NCBI GenBank assembly: GCA_009785655.1
Contig: WQVW01000001.1
Location: forward strand, 1-28,077
DNA length: 28,077 bases
Origin: Oscillospiraceae bacterium
Lineage (GTDB): Bacteria; Bacillota; Clostridia; Oscillospirales; Oscillospiraceae
Direction of reading: 5' to 3'
In this document: positions 9,609-17,848 of the stretch, piece after piece
Numbering within the stretch: the stretch's first letter is position 1
How the letters are laid out: every line of letters starts with the position of its first letter
Notes under the pieces: generated by a model
Database searches by the model: none
What the model saw: only the letters and a program-made list of their open reading frames with translations
Told to the model about the DNA's origin: nothing
Made by a program: the position numbers and the translations under genes

Positions 9609-11912
9609 TCAAAAATCCTTCAACAAATCCAAAACATCAGTGCAGAGTTCCTCCGCTATTTCTATGTTTGCGCCTTCCGCTCTTATCCGGATAGCGTTTT
9701 TTGTCCGCAGCGGCGATATCAGCACCGTGCCGGATTGCACGCCGAATCTGATGCCGTCCGAGAATTCTGCACCCAGCTCACAGGCTGTTTTGGATAGTTC
9801 GCCCATCACTTCCGCCCTGGCGCGGGTTAATGGAACTTCACGTTCAACGTTCGCGAATGCGGGCACTTTCCGCGCCATCAAATCTGTCAGAGTGATGCCA
9901 TCTTTTTTCATCCGCGCACAGATCAATGCCCCGGCAAACACTCCGTCGTGCAACGGGCGCAAATTTCTGTAGAGTGCTTCCGCTTCGTCACCATCACGCC
10001 CCAGTCGATAGATTTCCGCGTGATACGGTTCGGCGAGCGTCTCAATTGCCGCCGGCGCATCGAATGGGACGGCCAGTTTGCTTTGGCCGTATTCAAGTGC
10101 CAGCGCGCAAATCAGGGCTAGCATCTGTGCCGGGAGGAATTGCTGTCCGTCTTCGCCTATCGCATAGAGTGCTGTGCCGTCATTTCCGAGTGTGAAGCAC
10201 GGTCTGCCGGACGTTTGCTCCACGACTGTGCAGCCAAGAAGCGTTAACGCCTTTTTAAACACCTTGTTCTGCGATTCCTCAGCTGTGACAGACACTGCAA
10301 GCCCCTCACCGCCGCCCTCATGCGAAAATGCGTATGTCATCGCGGCGGCGGCATAGATTTCGGAAACACCGCGCAAATGCTCTGTATGGCCTATTTTGCC
10401 TGTATATGGCGCATCATCCCTGTCGGAGATTGACGATAATTCCCGTTCCAGCGCGTGGGACAGCATACTCCCAGATTTGCCGAAGCATGTGAGCTCCACA
10501 TTATCAAGACGCTGGTTTACGCAAATGGTAAACGGCAGATTCATACGCTCTCCAACAAACGACGCGCAGGACGGCAGTCCGGAATCGAACGTCAACAACT
10601 CCGCGCCACGGGCACAGATGCCGCAGCCGATTGTTTCAGCAACAATTCGGGCCGCGTCTCCGCCGAAATGGCCGAGGCCGACCCGTCCGAAACTCGCGGC
10701 AGCCTGACCCAGCTTTAAGCAATCCTCAACCGTCAGTTCCGTGCCCAGTCCGCCTGAAATAACGCCTCTCGCAGTGAATGACATTCCGGCCTTGATGTGC
10801 CCGTGGGTGATGCTGCTTTTCACCGTCTTCCCAGCCGGGATCTGCCGTGCCGGCCAGATATTGACAGATTCGGCAATCACCGCCTGTTCACCGATAATGG
10901 TTTCTTCGCCGATGACCGCGTCTTCGGATACGGCGGCGGATTTACCGATGACGGCGCCTTTGCATATCACCGCGCCGGCTATCACCGCCCCGTCTGAGAT
11001 GGTTGCGCCGTTGACAACGGAATCCCTGACAGTGCCGGCAATGTCGGAGTTGTCACCAATGACGGTGCGGGAGCCGATTTTGGCACCGCGCCGCAGTGTA
11101 ACGTTGCTTCCAATATACACAGGCGGCACGATAGTCACGCCCTCCGGTATCGGTGACGCGCTGTATATACCGGGGTTGACTTCCGGTGCATGGATATTGA
11201 CTTTCACCCGCCCCTCCAGCATGTCAATGGCACATCTACGATAGGCTTCCGGACTGCCGATATCGCACCAGTAGCCTTTTTGCGCCATGCCGTAGAGTCC
11301 GCGATTTTCGGCGAGTATGGCGGGGAAGAACGCTTTGCCGAAATCATACTTTTTGCCAGGCGGGACTTTGTTATTAAACAACGCGGGGGAGAGAATGTAT
11401 ATCCCGGTGTTTATTGTGTTTGTCACAACACCTTCCCACGGCGGTTTTTCTATGAACTCGGCGATCCGCCCATCTTCGCGCGTAACGACAAGGCCATATT
11501 CCAGCGGCTCTGGGTGTTCGTATAGCGCGATGGTCGCCTCTGCCATTTTTGCTTTGTGGAAGGCTATCATGTCTCTCAGGTCGAAATCGCACACACAGTC
11601 ACCAGAGATGACGAGGAAATCATCCTCCCCGATAAATTCAGCGCAAGCTCTGACGCTGCCGGCTGTTCCCAGTGCCTCACGCTCAATACTCGTGTGGAGT
11701 TTTATGCCGCGCCTGCCGGAGATATAATCAATAATCGTTTCCGGCATGAATTTAAGCGTCAGACATGCTTCGGTGACGCCGTTTTTTTCCAGAAGCTGCA
11801 GTATATACTCCAGCGCCGGGTTGTCTAACAGGCGTGCCATTGGTTTTGGTTCATTTATGCTGACAGGCCGCAGACGCGTTCCCTCGCCTCCGGCCATGAT
11901 CACTGCTTTCAC
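9609..11912 (-). CDS. Sugar-phosphate nucleotidyltransferase (mannose-1-P guanylyltransferase-like) with a left-handed beta-helix and a degenerate phosphomannomutase-like C-terminal region
   Basis: KAVIMAGGEGTRLRP, KPM, LGTAGSV, ISGD, EFIEKP, NTGIYIL and YWCDIGS motifs, then hexapeptide repeats. GTG start at 11912 follows a GGGGG RBS. Confidence 0.88.
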   Translation of the reverse strand: MKAVIMAGGEGTRLRPVSINEPKPMARLLDNPALEYILQLLEKNGVTEACLTLKFMPETIIDYISGRRGIKLHTSIEREALGTAGSVRACAEFIGEDDFLVISGDCVCDFDLRDMIAFHKAKMAEATIALYEHPEPLEYGLVVTREDGRIAEFIEKPPWEGVVTNTINTGIYILSPALFNNKVPPGKKYDFGKAFFPAILAENRGLYGMAQKGYWCDIGSPEAYRRCAIDMLEGRVKVNIHAPEVNPGIYSASPIPEGVTIVPPVYIGSNVTLRRGAKIGSRTVIGDNSDIAGTVRDSVVNGATISDGAVIAGAVICKGAVIGKSAAVSEDAVIGEETIIGEQAVIAESVNIWPARQIPAGKTVKSSITHGHIKAGMSFTARGVISGGLGTELTVEDCLKLGQAAASFGRVGLGHFGGDAARIVAETIGCGICARGAELLTFDSGLPSCASFVGERMNLPFTICVNQRLDNVELTCFGKSGSMLSHALERELSSISDRDDAPYTGKIGHTEHLRGVSEIYAAAAMTYAFSHEGGGEGLAVSVTAEESQNKVFKKALTLLGCTVVEQTSGRPCFTLGNDGTALYAIGEDGQQFLPAQMLALICALALEYGQSKLAVPFDAPAAIETLAEPYHAEIYRLGRDGDEAEALYRNLRPLHDGVFAGALICARMKKDGITLTDLMARKVPAFANVEREVPLTRARAEVMGELSKTACELGAEFSDGIRFGVQSGTVLISPLRTKNAIRIRAEGANIEIAEELCTDVLDLLKDF

Positions 11913-11947
11913 GATATCAACCCCCGTAATTAGATAATAAAGTACTA

Positions 11948-12008
11948 CGTTCCCGCCCGCTTCACCCCACGCGACAAGTCGCGCGGAGATCCCGTACGGG
12001 CGGGAACG
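11948..12008 (-). other. 61-nt rod-like stem-loop upstream of the nucleotidyltransferase gene
   Basis: Perfect 12-bp outer stem CGTTCCCGCCCG/CGGGCGGGAACG. The inner stem CTCCGCGCGA/TCGCGTGGGG pairs with G-U wobbles only on the minus strand. Confidence 0.55.
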
Positions 12009-12014
12009 CAAGAC

Positions 12015-12043
12015 ATACTATAATTATTGGTTGATATTGTGAA
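12015..12043 (-). promoter_or_regulatory. Possible sigma-A-like promoter
   Basis: TTCACA (12043-12038), 17-nt spacer, TAGTAT (12020-12015); the predicted start site falls at the edge of the hairpin. Confidence 0.4.
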
Positions 12044-12064
12044 GTTTATTCGCGGCAAAGGGAT

Positions 12065-12430
12065 TTAGGGTTTTCTTTGATGCAACCCTTGCTCAATAAG
12101 TGCGATTGTTGCCTCGGGGTCATCCACACCGATGACGACCGTGTCGAAATTCTCATCTTTTATGTGTATAACAACGGCATCTTCTTTTCTTTTAAGGTCA
12201 TAAAACACATTTCTTCCTTCTTGATTAAAATATCCCCCATAATAAAAAGAATTTGCGTTAGTCCCAAAGCGTTTATCCAAAGCTTTGGGAAGGTCTTTCC
12301 ATTCCAAACCGCTTGTTACTCCGGTGATATTGCTCAAATGGATTGATACTTCACTTTTTAATGCGAAAAACTTTCTGGCGCCCTGCATGGTGATAATTAA
12401 TTGATCGTTTTCAATTTTCACTCTAGACAT
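12065..12430 (-). CDS. Hypothetical protein (121 aa)
   Basis: Fills the gap downstream of ald; GGAG RBS before the ATG; composition is protein-like; AT-rich relative to its neighbours. Confidence 0.8.
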   Translation of the reverse strand: MSRVKIENDQLIITMQGARKFFALKSEVSIHLSNITGVTSGLEWKDLPKALDKRFGTNANSFYYGGYFNQEGRNVFYDLKRKEDAVVIHIKDENFDTVVIGVDDPEATIALIEQGLHQRKP

Positions 12431-12462
12431 TATGTATGCTCCTTTTCTTTTGTATTTTCATG

Positions 12463-13581
12463 TTAAGGGGTTGTATTCCCCACCATCGGCGTATATTCCA
12501 TGTCAAATGCTTCCGCCACTTCCCGGCAGGTGAGTTTTCCGCTGTAGGTGTTGACACCAAGCTTCAGGCCGGGGTCTGCATCGGCGGCATTTTCCAAACC
12601 CATGTCGGCAATCTTCAGGCCATAGCTTAACGTGGCGTTGGTCAGCGCAAAGGTAGAGGTTTGGCTCACCGCCCCCGGCATGTTGGCTACGCAGTAATGT
12701 ATAATACCGTCCACAACAAACGTCGGGTCGTTGTGATAAGTGATCTTAGAGGTTTCGCAGCAACCGCCTTGATCCACAGCTACGTCCACGATGACTGAAC
12801 CGGGTTTCATCTGTTTAAGATACTCTTTTTTTATAAGTTTTGGGGCTTTTGCACCGGGCACTAATACCGCACCGATGACCAGGTCAGCGTTCATTACGGC
12901 GACCTCCACCGCGGCGGGGGTTGAATAGAGTGTTTGGATGCGGTTTCCAAACACATCATCCAGATAGTACAGGCGGTCTATATTATTATCCATGATTGTC
13001 ACGTTTGCGCCAAGGCCGATGGCCACCTTCATTGCGGATACGCCCACTACGCCGCCGCCGATGATTAAGCATTCAGCATTTTTCACACCAACGGCACCGC
13101 CAAGCAGTATACCACTGCCGCCCATCGGTTTTTCCAAACAGCGCGCGCCCACTTGTATGCTAAGTTTCCCGGCAACCTCACTCATCGGCCTGAGTAGTGG
13201 CAACCCGCCTGCGGCATCCCGAATGGTTTCATATGCAACCGCTTTGACACGGCGTTCAAGCAATTCTTCTGTCAAGCGCCTATCTGCCGCTAAGTGAAGA
13301 TATGCGTAAATAATCTGGTTTTCCCGTATGAAGGGTAGCTCTGCTTCCAGCGGTTCTTTTACTTTAACGATCATGTCACAGATATTCCATATGTCTTTTG
13401 CGGCAGGCAGAATCTTCGCCCCGGCCGCTAAATACTCCTCATCCGGCAGGGAAGCACCCGCGCCCGCCCCGGCCTGCACAAAAACCTCATGCCCGTGGCT
13501 GATGTAATCCTTCACATTGCTCGGTGTCAAGCCGACACGATATTCGTTCTGCTTAGTTTCTGTCACTGTACCTACTTTCAC
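12463..13581 (-). CDS. ald: Alanine dehydrogenase
   Basis: ETKQNEYRVGLTP, MIVKVKEP, YAYLHLAA, PMSEVAG, IIGGGVVG, DVAVDQGGC and CVANMPGAV; GTG start after an AAGGGGG RBS. Confidence 0.97.
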   Translation of the reverse strand: MKVGTVTETKQNEYRVGLTPSNVKDYISHGHEVFVQAGAGAGASLPDEEYLAAGAKILPAAKDIWNICDMIVKVKEPLEAELPFIRENQIIYAYLHLAADRRLTEELLERRVKAVAYETIRDAAGGLPLLRPMSEVAGKLSIQVGARCLEKPMGGSGILLGGAVGVKNAECLIIGGGVVGVSAMKVAIGLGANVTIMDNNIDRLYYLDDVFGNRIQTLYSTPAAVEVAVMNADLVIGAVLVPGAKAPKLIKKEYLKQMKPGSVIVDVAVDQGGCCETSKITYHNDPTFVVDGIIHYCVANMPGAVSQTSTFALTNATLSYGLKIADMGLENAADADPGLKLGVNTYSGKLTCREVAEAFDMEYTPMVGNTTP

Positions 13582-13724
13582 TGATATGCCCCCTTCTTTT
13601 GGTGATGCGCCTAAGCTGGCTATTATTTTACGGCATTTTCAAAAAAAAGGGAAGTCAAAATCAAAAATTTTACGACTTGGGTCGGATGCGGCGCATCTGC
13701 CAAGGCAGCCCGGCGATATTTGTA

Positions 13725-13753
13725 TTGTAATGAGAAAGTATATTTGGTATAAT
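13725..13753 (+). promoter_or_regulatory. Sigma-A-like promoter of gdpP-rplI-dnaB
   Basis: TTGTAA, 17-nt spacer, TATAAT with an extended TG. Confidence 0.75.
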
Positions 13754-13783
13754 ACTCTCCAACTCTTTATTAGGATGATTTCC

Positions 13784-15787
13784 ATGAACAAAAAACTGCC
13801 AAGGTTGTTTCAATCCAGCGTCAGGCTGTATTTCATGTTTCTTATCGCGTTTGCTGTAGCAACGTTTGTTATCAATGACACCAGCCGCGTTTGGGCGGGT
13901 GTCATTCAAATTGTTGTGCTTGTGTTACTGGCGCTTTATTCACGTATCAGCACGAAAATACGCACGGCGAAACTGCTGGACTATCTTGAATCCATGTCGG
14001 ACGGCATGGATATGACCGTGCGGGACACCCCGCTGCCGGTGGTTGTGTTTAATTCAGAGACCAGTGAAATTTTATGGTCGAACGAGCGATTTCAATCAAT
14101 CACCGATGATCGGGAGCATTTGTTTGAGCGGCGGATTACAGACGTGGTGCCCGGTTTTTCGCAAATCTGGCTGTTAGACGGGAAAAGCGAATGTCCAGAC
14201 GAAGTTTCTGTCGGCGACAAAACATACAAAGTGTCTGGACAGCTGGTGCGGACAGAGCGTGAATATATCGCTACAACTTACTGGGTTGACGTCACTGAAT
14301 ATGCCGCAATTAACCGTGAGTATGCGGATTCAAGGCTCGTTTCTGCGATCTTGATGCTGGATAATTATGAAGAGCTGCTGAAAGGCATGACAGAAAAGGA
14401 AAAATCAATTCTTCTGTCCGATATCGACGAAAAAATCAGCCTCTGGTCCGCAAACAGCGGGGGAAGTCTTGTGAAATTTGACAGAGACCGATACATGTTC
14501 CTATTTGAGGAGCGGGACTTTGAAGGGTTTGTTGAAGACAAATTTTCTATCCTGGATTCAGTACGCGAGTGCGAAGGTTCCGGCGGCGTTCATGCAACAC
14601 TGAGCATTGGGATAGGCAAAGACGGTACGACACCGCAAGAGAACCATGCTTTTTCCAAGCTTGGCCTTGAGATGGCACTATCTCGTGGCGGAGACCAGGC
14701 TGTTGTCAGGAACAAATTCGGTTTTGAGTTCTTCGGCGGACACTCGGCGCGGCTGGAAAAGCGGACGAAAGTGAAATCCCGCGTGATGGCAAGTGCGTTC
14801 GGCGGATTGTTGAGTGATGCTTCCACCGTATTTGTTATGAGCCATAAGCAGGCAGATTTCGACTCAATCGGTGCCGCTGCTGGTATTTGTTGTATCGCGC
14901 GCGCCAAGGGAAAAAAGGCGCGGATCGTGGTGGATATGGAGAATAATTTTGCCAAAAACCTTATCAGCCGCCTGATGGAGTCACCGGAATATAAAGATGT
15001 GTTTATTTCGGATCAAGACGCGATGGTGGAGGCGGATGCGAAGAGTCTGCTGGTTGTTGTGGATACAAGCAGGCCGGAGCAAGTGGAATCTGAACCCTTG
15101 CTGCTGTCCTGTACACGGGTGGCGGTGATCGACCACCACAGAAGGGCTGCGACCTATATAGAAAACGCGATACTGAATTTTCATGAGCCATACGCGTCGT
15201 CTACCTGTGAGCTTGTGACGGAGATGCTGCAATATCTTGTCGATACAACTGACATTCTGCGGGCAGAGTCTGAGGCACTGCTTGCCGGCATTGTGCTGGA
15301 TACGAAAAGTTTTACAATCAACACCGGCAGCAGGACATTTGAAGCCGCGTCGTATTTAAGAAGATCCGGATCCGACACGGCGGATGTAAAACGGCTGTTG
15401 CAGTCAGATTTTGAAACAGCCACGGCCCGATATGCGATTATGCGTGAGGCTGAGATTATAAGACCCGGCGTGGCACTCGCGTGGAGTGATGAGCCGCAGA
15501 ATCGCTTGACAATAGCCCAAGCATCGGATGAGCTGTTGAATATAGAGGGGGTCACCGCCTCATTCGTGTTGGCACGCAGTGGGGACGATGTGTTTGTTTC
15601 CGGCCGCAGTATCGGCGACTTGAACGTGCAGCTGGTTTTGGAAAAACTGGGCGGTGGCGGCAATAATGCCAACGCCGGGGTTCAGTTGCATTCGGCAGAT
15701 TTAAGACAGGTTGTGACAGACTTGACCTACGCCATAGATGAGTATCTGGAGATAGATGAGAAGCGCAAAACAAACACCAAAAGTTAA
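13784..15787 (+). CDS. gdpP: Cyclic-di-AMP phosphodiesterase, GdpP family (2 TM, PAS, degenerate GGDEF, DHH, DHHA1)
   Basis: Two N-terminal hydrophobic helices, LDNYEE, ALSRGGDQAVV, SHKQADFDSIGAA, VIDHHR and LLAGIVLDTKSF; upstream of rplI-dnaB. Start is at 13784 or 13775. Confidence 0.92.
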   Translation: MNKKLPRLFQSSVRLYFMFLIAFAVATFVINDTSRVWAGVIQIVVLVLLALYSRISTKIRTAKLLDYLESMSDGMDMTVRDTPLPVVVFNSETSEILWSNERFQSITDDREHLFERRITDVVPGFSQIWLLDGKSECPDEVSVGDKTYKVSGQLVRTEREYIATTYWVDVTEYAAINREYADSRLVSAILMLDNYEELLKGMTEKEKSILLSDIDEKISLWSANSGGSLVKFDRDRYMFLFEERDFEGFVEDKFSILDSVRECEGSGGVHATLSIGIGKDGTTPQENHAFSKLGLEMALSRGGDQAVVRNKFGFEFFGGHSARLEKRTKVKSRVMASAFGGLLSDASTVFVMSHKQADFDSIGAAAGICCIARAKGKKARIVVDMENNFAKNLISRLMESPEYKDVFISDQDAMVEADAKSLLVVVDTSRPEQVESEPLLLSCTRVAVIDHHRRAATYIENAILNFHEPYASSTCELVTEMLQYLVDTTDILRAESEALLAGIVLDTKSFTINTGSRTFEAASYLRRSGSDTADVKRLLQSDFETATARYAIMREAEIIRPGVALAWSDEPQNRLTIAQASDELLNIEGVTASFVLARSGDDVFVSGRSIGDLNVQLVLEKLGGGGNNANAGVQLHSADLRQVVTDLTYAIDEYLEIDEKRKTNTKS

Positions 15788-15809
15788 ACGCGCATGGCAC
15801 ATTTCACCC

Positions 15810-15876
15810 ATAGGGGCGGCCAGTGGCCGTCCGCTATGGTGATTTTTGAGAATGGACGCGCACAGCGCGCGCCTAC
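15810..15876. repeat. REP doublet (REPIN-like)
   Basis: ATAG-GGGCGGCC-AGT-GGCCGTCC (15810-15832), a 21-nt spacer, then the reverse complement of GTAG-GCGCGCGC-TGT-GCGCGTCC (15854-15876). Confidence 0.75.
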
Positions 15877-15888
15877 AGGAGGTACAAT

Positions 15889-16335
15889 ATGAAAGTGATA
15901 TTACAGAAAGATGTAAAAGGCAAGGGCAAGGCGGGGCAGCTTGTAGAGGTTTCTGACGGATATGCCAGGAACTTTCTACTGCCGCAAAAACTCGCCGTGA
16001 TTGCAACGGCAGAGAATTTGAATGTGATGAAACAGCAGGAAAAAGCCCGGCAAAAGAAGCTGGAGGCAGACAAAGCCCAGGCGATGGATATCGCGGCGAA
16101 GCTGGAGGGTGTGATCGTCAAAATCCCAGCCAAAGCCGGTGCCGGCGGGAAGCTCTTCGGCGCGGTCACTTCAATGGAGATTTCGTCTTCACTGGCAGAA
16201 CAGCACAGCATTGAAATTGAAAAGAACAAGATCGTCCAGGATGATCCTATAAAAACATTCGGCGCATTTGAAGTCAAATGCAAGCTGGGTTTTGAAATCA
16301 CCGGGGTGATACACGTTCTGATTGTTGAGAGCTAG
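15889..16335 (+). CDS. rplI: 50S ribosomal protein L9
   Basis: [32 protein letters not shown] and GKLFGAVT; AGGAGG RBS. Confidence 0.98.
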   Translation: MKVILQKDVKGKGKAGQLVEVSDGYARNFLLPQKLAVIATAENLNVMKQQEKARQKKLEADKAQAMDIAAKLEGVIVKIPAKAGAGGKLFGAVTSMEISSSLAEQHSIEIEKNKIVQDDPIKTFGAFEVKCKLGFEITGVIHVLIVES

Positions 16336-16337
16336 GC

Positions 16338-17681
16338 ATGGACGAACTGCTTAGCAGACAAACACCGCACAGTTATGAGGCTGAACAGGCGGTTTTAGGA
16401 TCCATGCTGATCGATTCACGCTGCGTGGCCGATGTGTTGGAGCTTTTGCGGGCGGACGATTTTTACGTGTCCGCCAATAGGGATATTTTTGAAACGATTG
16501 TTTCAATGTTCAACTATTCCAAAAAGATTGACCCGGTGACCGTGCTAGATCAAATGAAAGCCGCCGGAGTCTGGAATGATACCTTGCCTGCATATATCCG
16601 TGACCTGATGCTGATTACGCCAACCGCTGTCAATGTGCTGGAATATGCCGGGATTGTTAAAGACAAATCACTGCTGCGCGCGATTGCTGACGCCGGGGGA
16701 GACGTGAACGCGATGGCAGTCTCCGGCGAGGGCGGGGCTGACGCGATTCTGGAGGCGGCGGAGAAGCGTATCTACGCCTTGAGAGATGACCGTGGGCATG
16801 ACGGGCTTGTACCTGTCTCTAAAATCCTTGTCGATGTGTACGAGCAGATATCAGAAGCCGCAAAAAACGGCGGAGAAATCCCGGGGTTGGCGACAGGGTT
16901 TTATGATCTTGACAGATTTGTGCTGGGCTTAAGCGGGTCTGATCTCGTTTTAATCGCCTCTCGCCCCGGCATGGGAAAAACCAGTATCGCGTTGAATATT
17001 GCATTACATGCGGCGAAAACATCCGGCAAATCCGTTGCCGTATTTTCGCTTGAGATGTCACGTGAACAACTGGCAATGCGGCTGTTGTCGTCAGAGAGTT
17101 TTGTTGACAGCAAAAAGCTCATCACAGGCCGGGTGGCGGACGGAGACTGGCAGCGATTGTCCGATGCCGCCGCGTCCATCAGCTCCTGCGATCTTTACAT
17201 CAATGATAATCCGTCTATCGCTGTGTCTGATATGAACGCACAGTGCCGGCGGATAAAAAATCTGGGACTTGTTGTCATCGACTATCTTCAGCTTATGCAG
17301 TCCGCCACCGGCGGGAAGGGATCCTACGCCAACGAAAACAGAACGCAGATGGTGGGCGAAATCAGCCGGATGATGAAGATCATGGCGAAAGAGTTGAACG
17401 TGCCGGTGGTCTGCCTGTCACAGTTATCTCGTGCGAATGAATCCCGAGAGAACAAGCGTCCGCGTCTATCCGATCTGCGTGAATCCGGTGCGATTGAGCA
17501 GGACGCAGATATTGTCCTCGGCCTATACAGGGACGACTACTACAATAATGAATCGGAAGTGCCGAATGTTGCGGAACTGATTGTCATGAAAAACCGCAGA
17601 GGCGAAACAGGCACGATTGAGCTGAAATGGTTGCCTGAATTTACGTCTTATTCATCCCTGGAGCAGCGGCGAGAGGACTAG
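16338..17681 (+). CDS. dnaB: Replicative DNA helicase
   Basis: PHSYEAEQAVLGSML, ASRPGMGKT, FSLEMS, VIDYLQLM, LSQLSR and DLRESGAIEQDAD. Confidence 0.98.
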   Translation: MDELLSRQTPHSYEAEQAVLGSMLIDSRCVADVLELLRADDFYVSANRDIFETIVSMFNYSKKIDPVTVLDQMKAAGVWNDTLPAYIRDLMLITPTAVNVLEYAGIVKDKSLLRAIADAGGDVNAMAVSGEGGADAILEAAEKRIYALRDDRGHDGLVPVSKILVDVYEQISEAAKNGGEIPGLATGFYDLDRFVLGLSGSDLVLIASRPGMGKTSIALNIALHAAKTSGKSVAVFSLEMSREQLAMRLLSSESFVDSKKLITGRVADGDWQRLSDAAASISSCDLYINDNPSIAVSDMNAQCRRIKNLGLVVIDYLQLMQSATGGKGSYANENRTQMVGEISRMMKIMAKELNVPVVCLSQLSRANESRENKRPRLSDLRESGAIEQDADIVLGLYRDDYYNNESEVPNVAELIVMKNRRGETGTIELKWLPEFTSYSSLEQRRED

Positions 17682-17722
17682 AACATCCCATTCATGTGCA
17701 AAGGGGCTTTGAATGGGGCACG

Positions 17723-17812
17723 ACAAAACACCCGGCTCTGTAGGAACGTGTACGGTCAAACCTTGCCCTCTTTAGTAAAGAGGGTGCCGCCCACAGGCGG
17801 CGGGTGTTTTGT
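17723..17812. other. 90-nt multi-stem structured element between dnaB and tilS (candidate ncRNA, terminator or non-autonomous mobile-element remnant)
   Basis: Perfect 12-bp outer inverted repeat ACAAAACACCCG/CGGGTGTTTTGT enclosing the hairpins CCCTCTTT/AAAGAGGG and CCGCC/GGCGG. Confidence 0.5.
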
Positions 17813-17848
17813 TTCTTATCCAACATTATAATATAAAGGATTACCCAA

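Noticed and set aside
11913-12011. Upstream extension of the nucleotidyltransferase ORF
   Set aside because: The family begins at (M)KAVIMAGG; the GTG at 11912 has an RBS and the extension runs through the hairpin.
13517-13783. Long N-terminal extension of GdpP
   Set aside because: It overlaps the ald start and spans the TTGTAA-17-TATAAT promoter; the real start must lie downstream, at 13775 or 13784.
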